Shown piece by piece: positions 1-12,770 of a stretch of 64,000 nucleotides of DNA. Position 1 is the first letter of the stretch. Every line of letters starts with the position of its first letter. The stretch is from Leucoraja erinacea (lineage: Eukaryota), in assembly GCF_028641065.1 (NCBI RefSeq), contig NC_073391.1:45942001-46006000 (forward strand). The letters are read 5' to 3'. Both the position numbers and the translations under genes were made by a program. The notes beneath the pieces were generated by a model, which searched no databases, had not been told where the DNA came from, and worked only from the letters and a program-made list of their open reading frames with translations.

Positions 1-190
1 CTCCGGAGTCTTTTGTCCACGGACCGCATGCGCGACTTGGCCGCACCCACTTCCGGGCTCTCCGCGCCTGCGCGCTTGGTATGGCCTGCAACATAGGGCG
101 AGTTCTGGGGCGCGGGGCTTTCTGGGTAAAAAGGGCGCCATGGACATGACCTGAAATCACCGGCTCAGCGTTCCCCAATGGACAACAGCC
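1..190 (-). promoter_or_regulatory. ZNF-unit promoter/exon-1 cassette (its gene lies left of the window)
   Basis: Same CpG-rich sequence as the cassettes upstream of the other ZNF exons; contains ACTTCCGG (ETS-like), CGCATGCGC (NRF1-like) and TTCTGGGTAAA (ZNF143-like). Confidence 0.6.
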
Positions 191-197
191 ACGAGGT

Positions 198-534
198 CAG
201 GGGTTCCCAACCGTTTTCTTCCCGTTTAACCCTGGTGACGTTAATAGCACGTGTTAATAGCACTAGCAATGTTAGTTCACTTATTTATGAACATCTAATG
301 ATGAACAGAAGGTACACAAAATTGCTGGAGAAGCAGCAGCATCTATGGAGCGAAGGAAATAGGCAACGTTTCGGGCCGAAACCCTTCTTCAGATGAACAG
401 ATACCAGAACCAGAACCAACACAGTCGGTCAATGAGAGAAAATATGCACAAATCCAGAATCACCAAATTTACCTCCTGGGTGGGCGAAATTTCCCCCCAT
501 GTGGGGTAAATTTACCCCAGGTTGGGAATCCTTG
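198..534. mobile_element. hAT(Charlie)-like MITE with a nested Penelope-derived fragment (about 311-392)
   Basis: TIRs CAGGGGTTCCCAACC / GGTTGGGAATCCTTG; 8-bp TSD degraded; inner insert flanked by the direct repeat GATGAACAGA. Confidence 0.55.
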
Positions 535-1046
535 CACTATGGAGAGCATAATCCTTGTATATGGAGAGCAACAGTGACATCTCGCAACCGATGTAATCGA
601 TGAAGCCAGGTGTCAAAGGTGATGGGGAGAAGGTAGAAGCATGGGGTTAGGAGAACGGGCTAGATCCGCCATGAGGGAATGGCGGAGTAGACTTGATGCA
701 TTTATTGTCACATGCTCCAGTGGCAGGGAGCAGCTGGGCCGAATGGCCTCTCCCCCTACATCGAGTGTGTTGCAGAGACAGAGGCTAGGACCTGAGACAT
801 CGGGTTTACAACAGAACTCATTTGTTTATCTTAAACGCGGAAAATTAAATCCCAGCTTGGAAATAGCAATTACAATAACAATTGTAATCATGTATTGTCT
901 TTCTGTTGGCTGGTTAGCACAAAACAAAAGATTTTCACTGCACCTCGACACAAGTGACACTAAACAAAACGCACAGAACATGTGAGCAGCCTCTACCCAG
1001 TGTGAATTCTCTGCTGGGCCACCAGGCTACTAGTATCAGTGAAGCC

Positions 1047-1533
1047 TCACGCACAGTTGGGAGAGGCCAGTGGCTTCTCCACAGCGTGAACTTGCTGGTG
1101 GGTCTTCAGGTTGGATAATCGTGTGAATCCCTTCCTGCACTCAGAGCAGGTGAGGGGTTTCTCCCCGGTGTGAAGCTGATAGTGTGCCCTGAGATTCGAC
1201 AATTGAACACACCCTTCTCCACACACAGAGCAGGTGAACGTCTCTCCCCGGAGTGAATTCGCTGGTGTCTCTTCAGGGATAGACAATAGACAATAGGTAC
1301 AGGAGTAGACCATTCAGCCCTTCGAGCCAGCACCGCCATTCAATGTGAGCATGGCTGATCATCCACAATCAGTACCCCGTCTCTGCCATCTCCCCATATC
1401 CCCTGACTCCGCTATCTTTAAGATTTGATCGAATACCTTCCCACAATCCGGACAGGCAAATGGTTTCTCCTTGCTGGCGAGGAGATTGAGCGAGCCCCTG
1501 CCCACACTCAGAGCTGGTGGATGATTTCTCCAT
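1047..1533 (-). pseudogene. C2H2 ZNF pseudogene (3 fingers), paralogue of 4826-6019
   Basis: MEKSSTSSECGQG start and AVEKPLASPNCA end; first finger split by a CR1 3' fragment (about 1278-1422) and a frameshift. Confidence 0.8.
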
Positions 1534-1711
1534 AGCTGCAAGCTCTCTGGTGTCTTGGCGGCTCAGCTGACACAGTGAATCCCTCCCGCGCACTTCATGT
1601 GCTGGTGAACTGAAGGAGTTTTAGATTCCTGGAAGTCAATACTCTGCCTGTTCTATGCTGTAAAAAGTGTTTACAATAAATTAACAGTTTATAGGAATAT
1701 CTATAATATCT

Positions 1712-2222
1712 TATAGGAAAGATATTGTCAAGCTTGAAAGGGTTCAGAAAAGATTTACGAGGATGTTGCCAGGACTAGAGGGTGTGAGCTACAGGGAAAG
1801 GTTGAGCAGGGCTGGGTCTCTATTCCATGGAGTGCAGGAGGATGAGGGGGAGATCTTATGATCTTATAGAGGTGCACAAACTCATGAGAGGAATAGATCG
1901 GGTCTGCATGGAGTCTTTTACCCAGAGATGGGGAATCGAGGACCAGAGGATACAGGTTCAAGGTGAAGGGGGAAAAGATTTAATAGGAATCTGAGGGGTA
2001 GCTTTTTCATACAAAGGGTGGTAGGTGTATGGAACGAGCTGCCAGAGGAGGTAGTTGAGGCTGGGATTATCCTATCGTTCAATAAACAGCTGGACAGGTA
2101 CATGGATGGGACGGGTTTGGAGTGATATGGACCAAGTGCAGGCAAGTGGAACTAGTGTAGTTGGGACATGTTGGTCGGTGTGGGCCAAAGGGCCTGTTTC
2201 CACACTGTATCACTCTATGACT
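1712..2222 (+). mobile_element. CR1 LINE 3' fragment
   Basis: KLERVQKRFTRMLPGL-type RT C-terminus, GGGCC..GGCCT 3' hairpin, CTATGACT tail. Confidence 0.75.
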
Positions 2223-3618
2223 CGAGGTAAAGATCAGTGTTTTAGTCTCCGTGATGAGACATCTCGCTGTGACAGAGAGGCCAATAGTGAGCTGGGGGAA
2301 CAAGCCCTTGTCTTCTGTTTGGGCTCAACATCAGATTCGCCAACGGTCTGTCTGTCTGTCTTTTTGTTTGGTATTTTTAGGGTGTTTTAAAAAGTTTGTG
2401 TTAAATTTCTCTGGTTTGTTTTATGTGGGGGGGTCGGGGGGAAACCGTTTTTCAGTCTCTTACCTTGCCAGAGATGCGTTTTTTTTTCCGGGTTGTATAT
2501 CCGGACGCTCTGCGGCCCAACATCGTGGAGCTGGCGGCCTTGCTCGAGACTTTAGGCCCCACCGTGGGGCCGTGGACTTACCATCGGGCCTGCAATCGCC
2601 TGGGATCAACGCTCTAACCAGGGGCAACATCGAGGAGCTCGCAGTCTCGGGTAGAAACTGATGTCGGGAAGCTCCAAAGTCGCAGATGGTTCGACTATCC
2701 CCGCCCCGGGGTCTGATCGCCCTGCGCGGGGGAGCTGAGATTCCCCTCCCCTGATGCAGAGGGCCCCGACCGCCGGCTATGGGAGCCAAGATCGTCCCGT
2801 CAACGGAAGGCTCGAGACACCCCCTAGATTGAACTTTTTCCTTCGCCTTCCATCACAGTGGGGAATGTGGAGTAATCGCTGTGGTGGATGTTTATGTTAA
2901 AATGTGTTTTCTGTGTCTTGTTGCTTTTTTGTCGGTATGGACTATATGACAAATCAAATTCCTCGTCTGTTGCGAAATATACTTGGCTAATAAAGTATGA
3001 TTATGATTTATTTCATGTCTGCAAAGGATTGGTTCCGGGGCCATTTGTGCCATTCCTCTCTCGCGCTGTGTCTTGGCCCAGGTTTTCACTCCATTAATGA
3101 AGGAGGCCTCACCTGCTGGGCAAGTCCCACATCCCCACAATGAGCCACACACGGTATTTTTGTGGCTGATTCAGTGGACGTTCTGGCCCCGGGTGACCCC
3201 ACCCCCACGGTGAACATCGCCGATGGTAATGCCATGTGTAGATGATCAGAAGGTCAGAAGGAATAAGGGTTAGTATTAGGCCGTTTGGCCCATCAAGTCT
3301 AGCCCGCCTTTCAATCGGAGCTTCTGTATCTCATGAACTCAGAAGAACGTGGACCTCGTGGCTCATCCAAGGAAGAACAGCAACGTTGGCAGGGAGCAGC
3401 TGGGCCGAATGGCCTCTCCACGTTAATAGAGTGTGTTGCAGAGACGGAGGCAAGGACCTGAGACACTGGGTTTACAACAAAACACATTTATTTATCTTAA
3501 ACACTGAAAATTAAATCCCAGCTCAGAAATAGCAATTACAGGTACAACAATTGTAATCATGTATTGTCTTTCTGTTGACTGGTTAGCACACCATATAACC
3601 ATCTAACAATTACAGCAC

Positions 3619-4447
3619 GGAAACATAGAAACATAGAAAATAGGTGCAGGAGTAGGCCATTCGGCCCTTCGAGCCTGCACCGCCATTCAATATGATCATG
3701 GCTGATCATCCAACTAAGTATCCTGTACCTGCCTTCTCTCCATACCCCCTGCTCCCTTTAGCCACAAGGGCCACATCTAACTCCCTCTTAAATATAGCCA
3801 ATTAACTGGCCACAACTACCTTCTGCGGCAGAGAATTCCAGAGATTCACCACTCTCTGTGTGAAAAATGTTTTCCTCATCTCGGTCCTAAAAGATTTCCC
3901 CCTTATCCTTAAACTGTGACCCCTTGTTCTGGACTTCCCCAAGATCGGGTACAATCTTCCTGCATCTAGCCTGTCCGACCCTTTAAGAATTCTGTAAGTT
4001 TCTATAAGATCCCCCCTCAATCTTCAAAATTCTAGCGAGTACAAGCCGAGTCTATCCAGTCTTACTTTATATGAAAGTCCTGACATCCCAGGAATCAGTC
4101 TGGTAAACCTTCTCTGTACTCCCTCTATGGCAAGAATGTCTTTCCTCAGATTAGGAGACCAAAACTGTACGTAATACAGCAGGTGTGGTATCACCAAGAC
4201 CCTGTACAACTGCAGTAGAACCTCCCTGCTCTTATACTCAAATCCTTTTGCTATGAATGCTAACATACCATTTGCTTTCTTCACTGCCTGCTGCAACTGC
4301 ATTCCTACTTTCAATGACTGGTGTACCATGACACCCAGGTCTCGTTGCATCTCCCCTTTTCCTAATCGGCCACCATTCACATAATAGTCTACTTTCCTGT
4401 TTTTGCCACCAAAGTGGATAACCTCACATTTATCCACATTATGCTGC
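3619..4447 (-). mobile_element. CR1 (HER1-like) LINE, 5'-truncated, nested in another CR1 family (about 3590-4707)
   Basis: ORFs 4024-4449 and 3802-4020 (VQRRFTRLIPG, RTRGHSLRI, FFTQRVVNLWNSLP); (TTTCTATG)n tail. Confidence 0.85.
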
Positions 4448-4825
4448 AAGCACTCAGACCATAACCCTCCATTCCTTTCCCGTCCATATACCTATCCAAT
4501 TTATTTTTAAATGATAAAAACGAACCTGCCTCCACCACTTCCACTGGAAGCTCATTCCACACAGCTACCACTCTCTGAGTAAAGAAGTTCCCCCTCATGT
4601 TGCCCCTAAACTTTTGTCCCTTAATTCTCAAATCATGTCCTCTTGTTTGAATCTTCCCTACTCTCAATGGGAAAAGCTTATCCACGTCAACTCTGTCTAT
4701 CCCTCTCAACACGACAATAGCTTTTCACTGTACCTCGACACAAGTGACAATAAACAGACATGCACAGACATGTGAGCAGCCCCTCCCCAGTGCGAGTTCC
4801 CTGCTGGGCCACCAGGTTACTAGTA

Positions 4826-6019
4826 TCAGTTGGGAGAGGCCAGTGGCTTCTCCACGGCGTGAACTTGCTGGTGGGTCTTCAGGTTGGAAAACCGCGTGAA
4901 TCCCTTCCCGCACTCAGAGCAGATGAACAGTCTCTCCCCGGTGTGAACTTGCTCATGTCTCTTCAGGTAGATCAACCTAGTGAACCCCTTCCCGCACTCA
5001 GAACAGATGAACGGCCTCTCCCCGGTGTGAGTTCGCTGGTGCAATTGCAGCCGAGACACATCGAGAAATACTTTCCCGCACACGGAACAAGTGAACGGTC
5101 TCTCCGTGGTGTGAAGCCGCTCGTGTTTTTTCAAATAGTTCAACCCAGTGAATCCCTTCCCACACACGGAACAGGCGAACGGCCTCTCGCCGGTGTGAAT
5201 CCGCTGGTGTGATCGTAGCCGGTATAAATGTATAAATCCCTTCCCACACTCAGAACAAGTGAACGGCCTCTCCCCGGTGTGAATAGGCTGGTGTGTCTGC
5301 AGCTGCGATAATTGTACAAATCCCATCCCACACACGGAACAAGTGAACGGCCTCTCCCCAGTGTGAATTCGCCGGTGGGTCAGCAAGCTGGAAGAGTCAG
5401 TGAATCCCTTTCCACACTCGGAGCAGATGAACGGCTTGTCCCCGCTGTGAATCTGCTCGTGTCTCTGTAGCCCAGAGAAATCAATGAACCCCTTCCCGCA
5501 CACAGAGCAGGTGAACGGCCTCTCTCCAATGTGTATCCGCTGGTGTGACTGCAGGTGAGAGGACTGTATAAACCCCTTCCCACACTCATAGCAGGTGAAC
5601 GGCCGCTCCCCGCTGTGAATCCGCTGGTGCTTCTGCAGTCCCGACAGCTGAGTAAATCCCTTGCCGCACTCGGAGCAGGTGAAGGGTTTCTCCCCGGTGT
5701 GAAGCTGGTAGTGTGTCCTGAGATTCGACAATTGAACGTACCCTTTCCCACACACGGAGCAGGTGAACGGCCTCTCCCCCGTGTGAATCTGCCGGTGTCT
5801 CTGCAGCCCGGACAGTGCCGTGAACCCCTTCCCGCACTCAGAGCAGGTGAACGGCCTCTCCCCGGAGTGGGTTCGCTGGTGCCTCTTCAGGTAGCAGACC
5901 TGAGCGAATCCCTTCCCACAATCGGGGCAGGCAAACGGTTTCTCCACGGTGTGGTCCTGCTGGCGGGGAGATTGATCGAGTCCCTGCCCGCGCTCAGGGC
6001 TGGTGGACGATTTCTCCAT
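4826..6019 (-). CDS. C2H2 zinc-finger protein, 13 fingers, 397 aa
   Basis: Uninterrupted ORF of CxxC-12-HxxxH repeats with TGERP linkers; acceptor TTTACAG at 6144; cognate promoter cassette at about 9080-9300. Confidence 0.9.
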   Translation of the reverse strand: MEKSSTSPERGQGLDQSPRQQDHTVEKPFACPDCGKGFAQVCYLKRHQRTHSGERPFTCSECGKGFTALSGLQRHRQIHTGERPFTCSVCGKGYVQLSNLRTHYQLHTGEKPFTCSECGKGFTQLSGLQKHQRIHSGERPFTCYECGKGFIQSSHLQSHQRIHIGERPFTCSVCGKGFIDFSGLQRHEQIHSGDKPFICSECGKGFTDSSSLLTHRRIHTGERPFTCSVCGMGFVQLSQLQTHQPIHTGERPFTCSECGKGFIHLYRLRSHQRIHTGERPFACSVCGKGFTGLNYLKKHERLHTTERPFTCSVCGKVFLDVSRLQLHQRTHTGERPFICSECGKGFTRLIYLKRHEQVHTGERLFICSECGKGFTRFSNLKTHQQVHAVEKPLASPN

Positions 6020-6177
6020 CGCTGCAAGCTCTCTGGTGTCTTTGGCGGCTCAGCTGACACAGTGAGTCCGTCCCGCGCGTTCACTTGCTGGTGAACTGAA
6101 GGAGTTTTAGATTCCCGGATGTCGATCCTCTCCCTGTTCTATCCTGTAAAAAGAGTTTACAATAAATGAACAGTTTA

Positions 6178-6450
6178 CGTGGTACTGCACCTGCAACTGC
6201 TCGGACAGGAAGGCTCTGCAGAGGGTAGTGAGGGGAGCAGAGAGGATCATTGGCGTCTCCCTACCCTCGGTACAAGAACTGTTCCAGAGCCGCTGTCTGA
6301 AGAAAGCACAGAGAATTGCCAAGGACAAACTGCACCCCCTCCACGCACACCTGGATCTCCTGCCATCAGGTAAGAGATATCGTAGCATCAAAGCCCGGAC
6401 TACAAGACTGCTAAACAGCTTCCTACCACAGGCTGTGAGGCTGCTAAACA
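6178..6450 (+). mobile_element. Rex1/Babar-like LINE 3' fragment
   Basis: ALQRVVRGAERIIG...HPLH..LLPSGKRYRS...NSFLPQAVRLLN motif. Confidence 0.7.
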
Positions 6451-6807
6451 GTACTCTGCACCCACAGTCACTTACTTGACTCTGCGGCTGGCACGGAAAC
6501 TTTAATACTACTTGGCCACTCAAATCAGCTTGAAAGGATTTTAACATCATTGAACAGATTTACGAGGGATTGTTGCCAGGACTAGAGGGTGTGAGCTACA
6601 GGGAAAGGTTGAGCAGGCTGGGACTCTATTTCATGGGACTCTATTTCATGGAGCGCAGGAGGATGGGAGGAGATCTTATAGAGGTGGACAAAATCGTGAG
6701 AGGAATAGATCGGGTAGACAGACGCACAGTCTTTTATCCAGAGATGGGGAATCGAGGACCAAAGGACATTGGTTCAAGGAGAAGGGGAAAAGATTTAATA
6801 GGAATCG

Positions 6808-8053
6808 TAGAAACATAGAAAATAGGTGCAGGAGTAGGCCATTCAGCCCTTCGAGCCTGCACCGCCATTCATTACGATCATGGCTGATCATCCAACTCAG
6901 TATCCTGTACCTGCCTTCTCTCCATACCCCCTGATCCCTTTAGCCACAAGGGCCACATCTAACTCCCTCTTAAATATAGCCAATGAACTGGCCTCAACTA
7001 CTTTCTGTGGCAGAGAATTCCACATATTCACCACTCTCTGAATTTTTTTTTTTTTTCTCATCTCGGTCCTAAAAGACTTCCCCTTATCCTTAAACTTTGA
7101 CCCCTTATTCTGGACTTCCCCAACATCGGGAACAATCTTCCTGCATCTAGCCTGTCCAACCTCTTAAGAATTTTGTAAGTTTCAATAAGTTCCTCCCACA
7201 ATCTTCTAAATTCTAGCGAGTACAAGCCGAGTCTATCCAGTCTTTCTTCATATGAAAGTCCTGACATCCCAGGAATCAGCCTGGTGAACCTTCTCTGTAC
7301 TCCCTCTATGGCAAGAATGTCCTTCCTCATATTAGGAGACCAAAACTGTACGCAATACTCCAGGTGTGGCCTCACCAAGACCCCATACAACTGCAGTAGA
7401 ACCTCCCTGCTCCTATACTCAAAACATTTTGCTATAATAATAATAATAATAATAATATCTTTTATTGTCATTGCACATAAGCGCAACAAGATTTGGTATG
7501 CAGCTTCCATCTGATGTCATAACTTAAATAACTAATAAAATTTAGATTTAGATACCCCGAGAACATGGTTTGGTATGAATGCTAACATACCATTCGCTTT
7601 CTTCACTGCCTGCTGCACCTGCATACCTACTTTCAATGACTGGTGTACCATGACACCCAGGTCTCGTTGCATCTCCCCTTTACCTAATCGGCCACCATTC
7701 AGATAATAATCTACTTTCCTGTGTTTGCCACCAAAGTGGATGACCTCACATTTATCCACATTATACTGCATATATCTCGGAGGCACTTTCCAAATTCCCT
7801 TTCTTGGGGGTCCTGAACCAACCTGATTTTCCCAGCCTACCTGCATATTGAAATCTCCCATCACCACAGTGGCATTACCTTTGTTACATGCCAATTTTAA
7901 CTCCTTCTGCAACTTACACCCTATATCCAGGCTACTATTTGGGGGTCTGTAGATAACACCAATTAGTATCTTCTTACCGTTGCAATTCCTCAATTCTATT
8001 CACAGCGACTCTACCTCGTCAGTCCCTCTGTCTCCCCTCGCAAGGGACTGAAT
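6808..8053 (-). mobile_element. CR1 LINE fragments (RT C-terminus, 3' UTR and an APE endonuclease piece)
   Basis: ORFs 7058-7510 and 7532-7993 (IGVIYRPPNS...VVMGDFN endonuclease motif); CR1 tail at about 6808. Confidence 0.8.
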
Positions 8054-8132
8054 TTAATAGAAACATAGAAAATAGGTGCAGGAGTAGGCCATTCGGCCCT
8101 TCGAGCCTGCACCGCCATTCAATATGATCATG

Positions 8133-8480
8133 GCAGTTTTGGGGACAGAGCCTTTTCCAGGGCAGCTCCCAGGCTCTGGAACTCCCTCCCCCAACTGATC
8201 CGCAATTCCTTGTCCCTCACCATCTTCCAGTCCCGCCTCAAGACCCATCTCTCCACCTCTGCCTATCCTTAGCCCCACGTCACCCTCCCTTTTCATCTGT
8301 GCTTGAATTGCCTCATATTGTGTTTTGAATTGAATTCTGTCTTTAATTTGTGTACTAGTCATGTCTCTACTATTTATTTCATTCCGCTTACATGTTTTCC
8401 CTCTACTTGCTAAATTTTTGTAAGGTGTCCTTGAGACTCTTGAAAGGCGCCCATAAATAAAATGTATTATTATTACTACT
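8133..8480 (+). mobile_element. L2-like LINE 3' fragment nested in a CR1 tail
   Basis: GDRAFSRAAPRLWNSLP...FQSRLKTHL; AATAAA and (TAT)n tail. Confidence 0.65.
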
Positions 8481-9079
8481 ATGGCTGATCATCCAACTCA
8501 GTATCCTGTACCTGCCTTCTCTCCATACCCCCTGATCCCTTTAGCCACAAGGGCCACATCTAACTCCCTCTATCATCCTACACACACTAGGGACAATTTT
8601 ACATGTCGCGAGCATTGCCACTTTCATTTCACTGCACATCTCGTATGTGTATGTGACAAATAAACTTGACTTGACTCTTAAATATACCCAATGAACTGTG
8701 GCCTCAATACTCTCTGTGGCAGAGAATTCCACAGATTCACCACTCTCTGTGTAAAAAATGATTTTCTCATCTCAGTCCTAAAAGATGCCTCACCAACAGA
8801 GCTACCCCACAGATCTGCCCTCCTGCCTGTCCTTGCTATAGGACATCACAGACGTTCAGGTTTGTAGGTTCATTGGTTTGATGTTACTGGTGTAACTGTG
8901 AATGTACAAATAAATGTCCCTATTGTGTGTGTGTGTGTGTGGGGGGGGTCGTGTTAACGTCCGGGGATTTCTCGAGTCAGGACCTTATTTCCTGGCCGGC
9001 TGCGTTACTCCAGCACTTTGTGTCTTTTTCTTGTGAAGCCGCGCCCGCAGTTCCCTGCATCTAGAACAAGGTCCTTGAT

Positions 9080-9300
9080 CCGCGCTCCTACCTGCAGCCG
9101 ATCCTCCGGAGTCTTTTGTCCACGGACCGCATGCGCGACTTGGCCGCACCCACTTCCGGCTCCGCCGCGCCTGCGCGCCGCTTGGTGTCGCCTGCGACAT
9201 AGGGCGAGTTCTGGGGCGCGGGCGTTTCTGGGTAAATCGGGCGCCATGGAGCATGACCTGAAATCACCGGCTCAGCGTTCGCCAAATGGACAACAACCAC
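9080..9300 (-). promoter_or_regulatory. Promoter/non-coding exon 1 for ZNF 4826-6019
   Basis: Cassette copy; putative donor CAG|GTAGGAG at 9091; TE-filled intron of about 2.9 kb. Confidence 0.6.
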
Positions 9301-9869
9301 TTTGCCCTTGTAGGTGGAGAACTGTTAACCTCTCGCAACCGATGTGGTCGTTTAGTTGTGAACATCATTACATTTACATGTGTCGAAATTCCGACTTATG
9401 CACCAAGAACTGTTTTTTCCCCTAGGTACACAAACATGCTGGGGAAACTCAGCGGGTGCGGCAGCATCTATGGAGCGAAGGAAATACATGTAAAATGTAT
9501 AAATGTAAAATTGTCCCTAGTGTGTGTAAGATGTTAGTGTGCGGAGATCGCTGGTCGGCGTGGACTCGGTGGGCCGAAGGGCCTGTTTCCGCGCTGTATC
9601 TCTAAACTAAACACGTGACAATAAACTAAACTGAACTGAAGAAGGGTTTCGGACCGAAACGTTGCCTATTTCCTTCGATCCATAGATGCTGCTGCACCCG
9701 CTGAGTTTCTCCAGCATTTTTGTCTACCTTCGATTTTCCAGCATCTGCAGTTCCTTCTTAAACACTTGTATGTGGAGAAAAACAGTGACATCTCGCAACC
9801 GGTGTGGTCGTTTAGTTGTTGAACATCATTACATTTACAATTCAGACTTATGAACCAATAACATCCAAG

Positions 9870-11690
9870 CGAAAGGAAGTCTCCGGAGATTCACCTTTGC
9901 ACATGAATAATCCCATCATTTCAGCAGCAAAAGATAAAGCCGAAGCTCTTGGTCGTCAGTTTTGCTCAGTTTTTACCAGAGAAAAACAATCTGATTTTCC
10001 TGATCTTGGCCCCAGTAGCGTTCCTAGTAGCGGTGGTGACTTGCTCATCACCAAAGAGGGAGTTGAAAAGGTAGACAAAAACGCTGGAGAAACTCAGCGG
10101 GTGAGGCAGCATCTATGGAGCGAAGGAAATAGGCAACGTTTCGGCTCGAGACCGTTCTTCAATCCAGCATCTGCAGTTCCTTCTTAAACAGTGAGTTGAA
10201 AAGCTTTTGTCTGAATTGAATCCTCTTAATGCCTGTGGCCCAGAGGGCATGAATTTGTGAAATTTGAGCAATGTATGTAGACTGTATTGAATGATTTGTA
10301 CAGACTCCGAAAATGTTGGATGAATTTTTGCACAGTTCGTGTATTGTATATATTTGCACGGCGATCGTAGAGTCTGTTCTCACCTTCTCCATCATGGTCT
10401 GGTTTGGCTGAGCCACCAAGCACGACACCTGGAGGCTGCAGCGAATCGTCCGATCGGCTGAGAAGGTTATTGGCTGCAACCTTCCCTCCATTGATGAACT
10501 GTACACTGCAAGGGCCAGGAAGCGAGCGGGCAAGATCATCTCTGACCCCCTCTCACCCGGGCCACAAACTCTTTGAATCACTTCCCTCTGGAAGGTGACT
10601 CCGGACTGGCAAAGCTGCCACAGCCGGACATAAAAACAGTTTTTATCCACGAGTAGTTGCTCTACTCAACAGCCAAAAATCTGTAGCCTCCCTTTGATCT
10701 GGTGTTTTGTTGGTTCACATGCTTGATCAATGGTGTTTTATTTTTAATGTCTTAATATTATGAATGTTTAGTGTTTTCTGAGTCATTCGTAATTGTCACT
10801 GTATGTCATGTTGTTACTTGTGGGTGGAGCACCAAGGCAAATTCCTTGTATGTGAATACTTGGCCAATAAACGTACTTACTTACTTACTTTATTACCTGA
10901 TCTATTTTGAAATTAAAAAAAAATATTCTTCTAGCATTGCTCCAATCCTCCAGATATTATTCCAGAAATCAATTTCTACCAGAGAACTGCAGTGACTGGT
11001 GTAATGCAAACATCTCCCCAATTTACAAAAAGAGCGGCCACTCAAATCCAGCCAACTATCGTCAGGTATCCTTGACTTCAATTGTCTGCAAACTTCTTGA
11101 GCATATTATTCATGGCCATGTTATGAGGCATTTTGAAATACACAACATACTAGTTGAGCAGCAGCTTGGATTCCGCAAAGGCAGGTCATGCGAGACCCTG
11201 GTTAATCAATAGTCAATAGTCAATTTAATTGTCATTTGGACCCCTTGAGGTCCAAACGAAATGCCGTTTCTGCAGCCATACATTACAAATAGACCCCAGA
11301 CACAACATAATTTACATTTTACATAAACATCCATCACATTGCTGTGATGGAAGGCCAAAAAAAAACTTATCTCTCCACTGCACTCTCCCCCCCCCGATAT
11401 TGTAATGATCTGTAAACCATCCTGGATAACAGAGGGCAGGCCAATCTTATTACAATGGACTTTAGCAAGGCCTTTGACACCGTTGCCCACCGTAGTGGGG
11501 TTGATGGGCAAGGTTCACTACATTGGCATCTGTAATAACATCTACTCCTGGATTGATTCATTACTCACCAAACGTCATCAAAAGGTTGGTGTAGACGGTG
11601 AGTCTTCACAACAACATCCAGTCGAGTCCGGCGAGCCACAGGGACCGGTGTTGGGGCCCTTGCTGTTTCTGATTTACATCAACGATCTCC
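9870..11690 (+). mobile_element. Degenerate CR1-like RT (divergent family), interrupted by Penelope- and Rex1-like fragments
   Basis: DWCNANISPIYKK...ANYRQVSLTSIVCKLLEHII, GFRKGRSCET, DFSKAFD, PQGPVLGPLLFLIYINDL across frameshifts. Confidence 0.7.
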
Positions 11691-11870
11691 ATGCTGTGAC
11701 GTCTCGTCAGCTCAGTTGACACAGTGAAAGGCCCCTACCACTCGTTCAGGTACTGGTGAACTGAACGACGCGGCATATCCGACGGTCGACTTTGAGCTTC
11801 CCGTACACAAATCTAATGCTTGTACTACCCTGAATACGAGAGTTCACAAAACAAACATTAACAGGTAAGT
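11683..11870 (-). pseudogene. Remnant of a ZNF exon-2 head (acceptor, leader and ATG; fingers lost)
   Basis: Aligns by eye with the leaders at 25960-26120 and 36795-36950. Confidence 0.55.
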
Positions 11871-12043
11871 GTTCCAAACGTGGTCATTTTAGTCTCTACT
11901 AGACCAAGTGGGACCCGTTGGGCCCTGTTCCCCCAACGCAATATTCCTCCACTCACCCATAGCCCTCAACTGTGCAGGTGCGGCTGATGTTTTCAAAGTT
12001 TAAAATGGTAATAATGTAAAATATATCAATGTGAACGCATCTC

Positions 12044-12406
12044 ATAGAAACATAGAAATTAGGTGCAGGAGTAGGCCATTCGGCCCTTCGAGCCTGCACC
12101 GCCATTCAATATGATCATGGCTGATCATCCAACTCAGTATCTCGTACCTGCCTTCTCTCCATACCCCCTGATCCCCTTAGCCACAAGGGCCACATCTAAC
12201 TCCCTCTTAAATATAGCCAATGAACTGGCCTCGACTACCCTCTGCGGCAGAGATTTCCAGAGATTCACCACTCTCTGTGTGAAAAAAGTTCTTCTCATCT
12301 CGGTTTTAAAGGATTTCCCCCTTATCCTTAAGCTGTGACCCCTTGTTCTGGACTTCCCCAACATCGGGAGGAATCTTCCTGCATCTAGCCTGTCCAACCC
12401 CTTAAC
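12044..12406 (-). mobile_element. CR1 3' fragment
   Basis: GLDRLDAGR...FFTQRVVNLW, (TTTCTATG)n tail. Confidence 0.8.
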
Positions 12407-12770
12407 CCCTCTCAATCTCACCCGCCCTCTGCTTCCTCCGCTCACCCCCTCCCTCCCTTCCTCTCTCTTTCCCCTCCCTCCCCTCTTACCCCTCCCTCCT
12501 CCCCTCCTCCATTCTTTCCCCTTTCTTCCTCCCCTCTCCCACTCCCTCCATTTCCTTTCCCCCACACCCCCAGTCACCCCCTCTCCTTCCCTCCCTCCAT
12601 AACCCCTCTCCTCTCCCTCTATCCCCCACTCCCACCTTTCCCACCCCCCACTGCCACCCTCTCTCTCTTTATCCCCTTTCCTCCCCCACTCTCCCGTCCC
12701 CCACTTTCCCTCCCTCTCCCTCCCTACCCCCTCCTCTCCCACAACCCCCCACCCTCCCTCCTCACCTCCC
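12407..12770. repeat. Pyrimidine-rich (C/T) low-complexity tract
   Basis: Almost entirely C and T on the + strand. Confidence 0.85.

Noticed and set aside
4760-6094. Long antisense or alternative-frame ORFs over ZNF exons (also 25579-25953, 50741-51151, 61084-61791)
   Set aside because: Shadow ORFs expected from the 84-bp finger periodicity; no independent coding signal.
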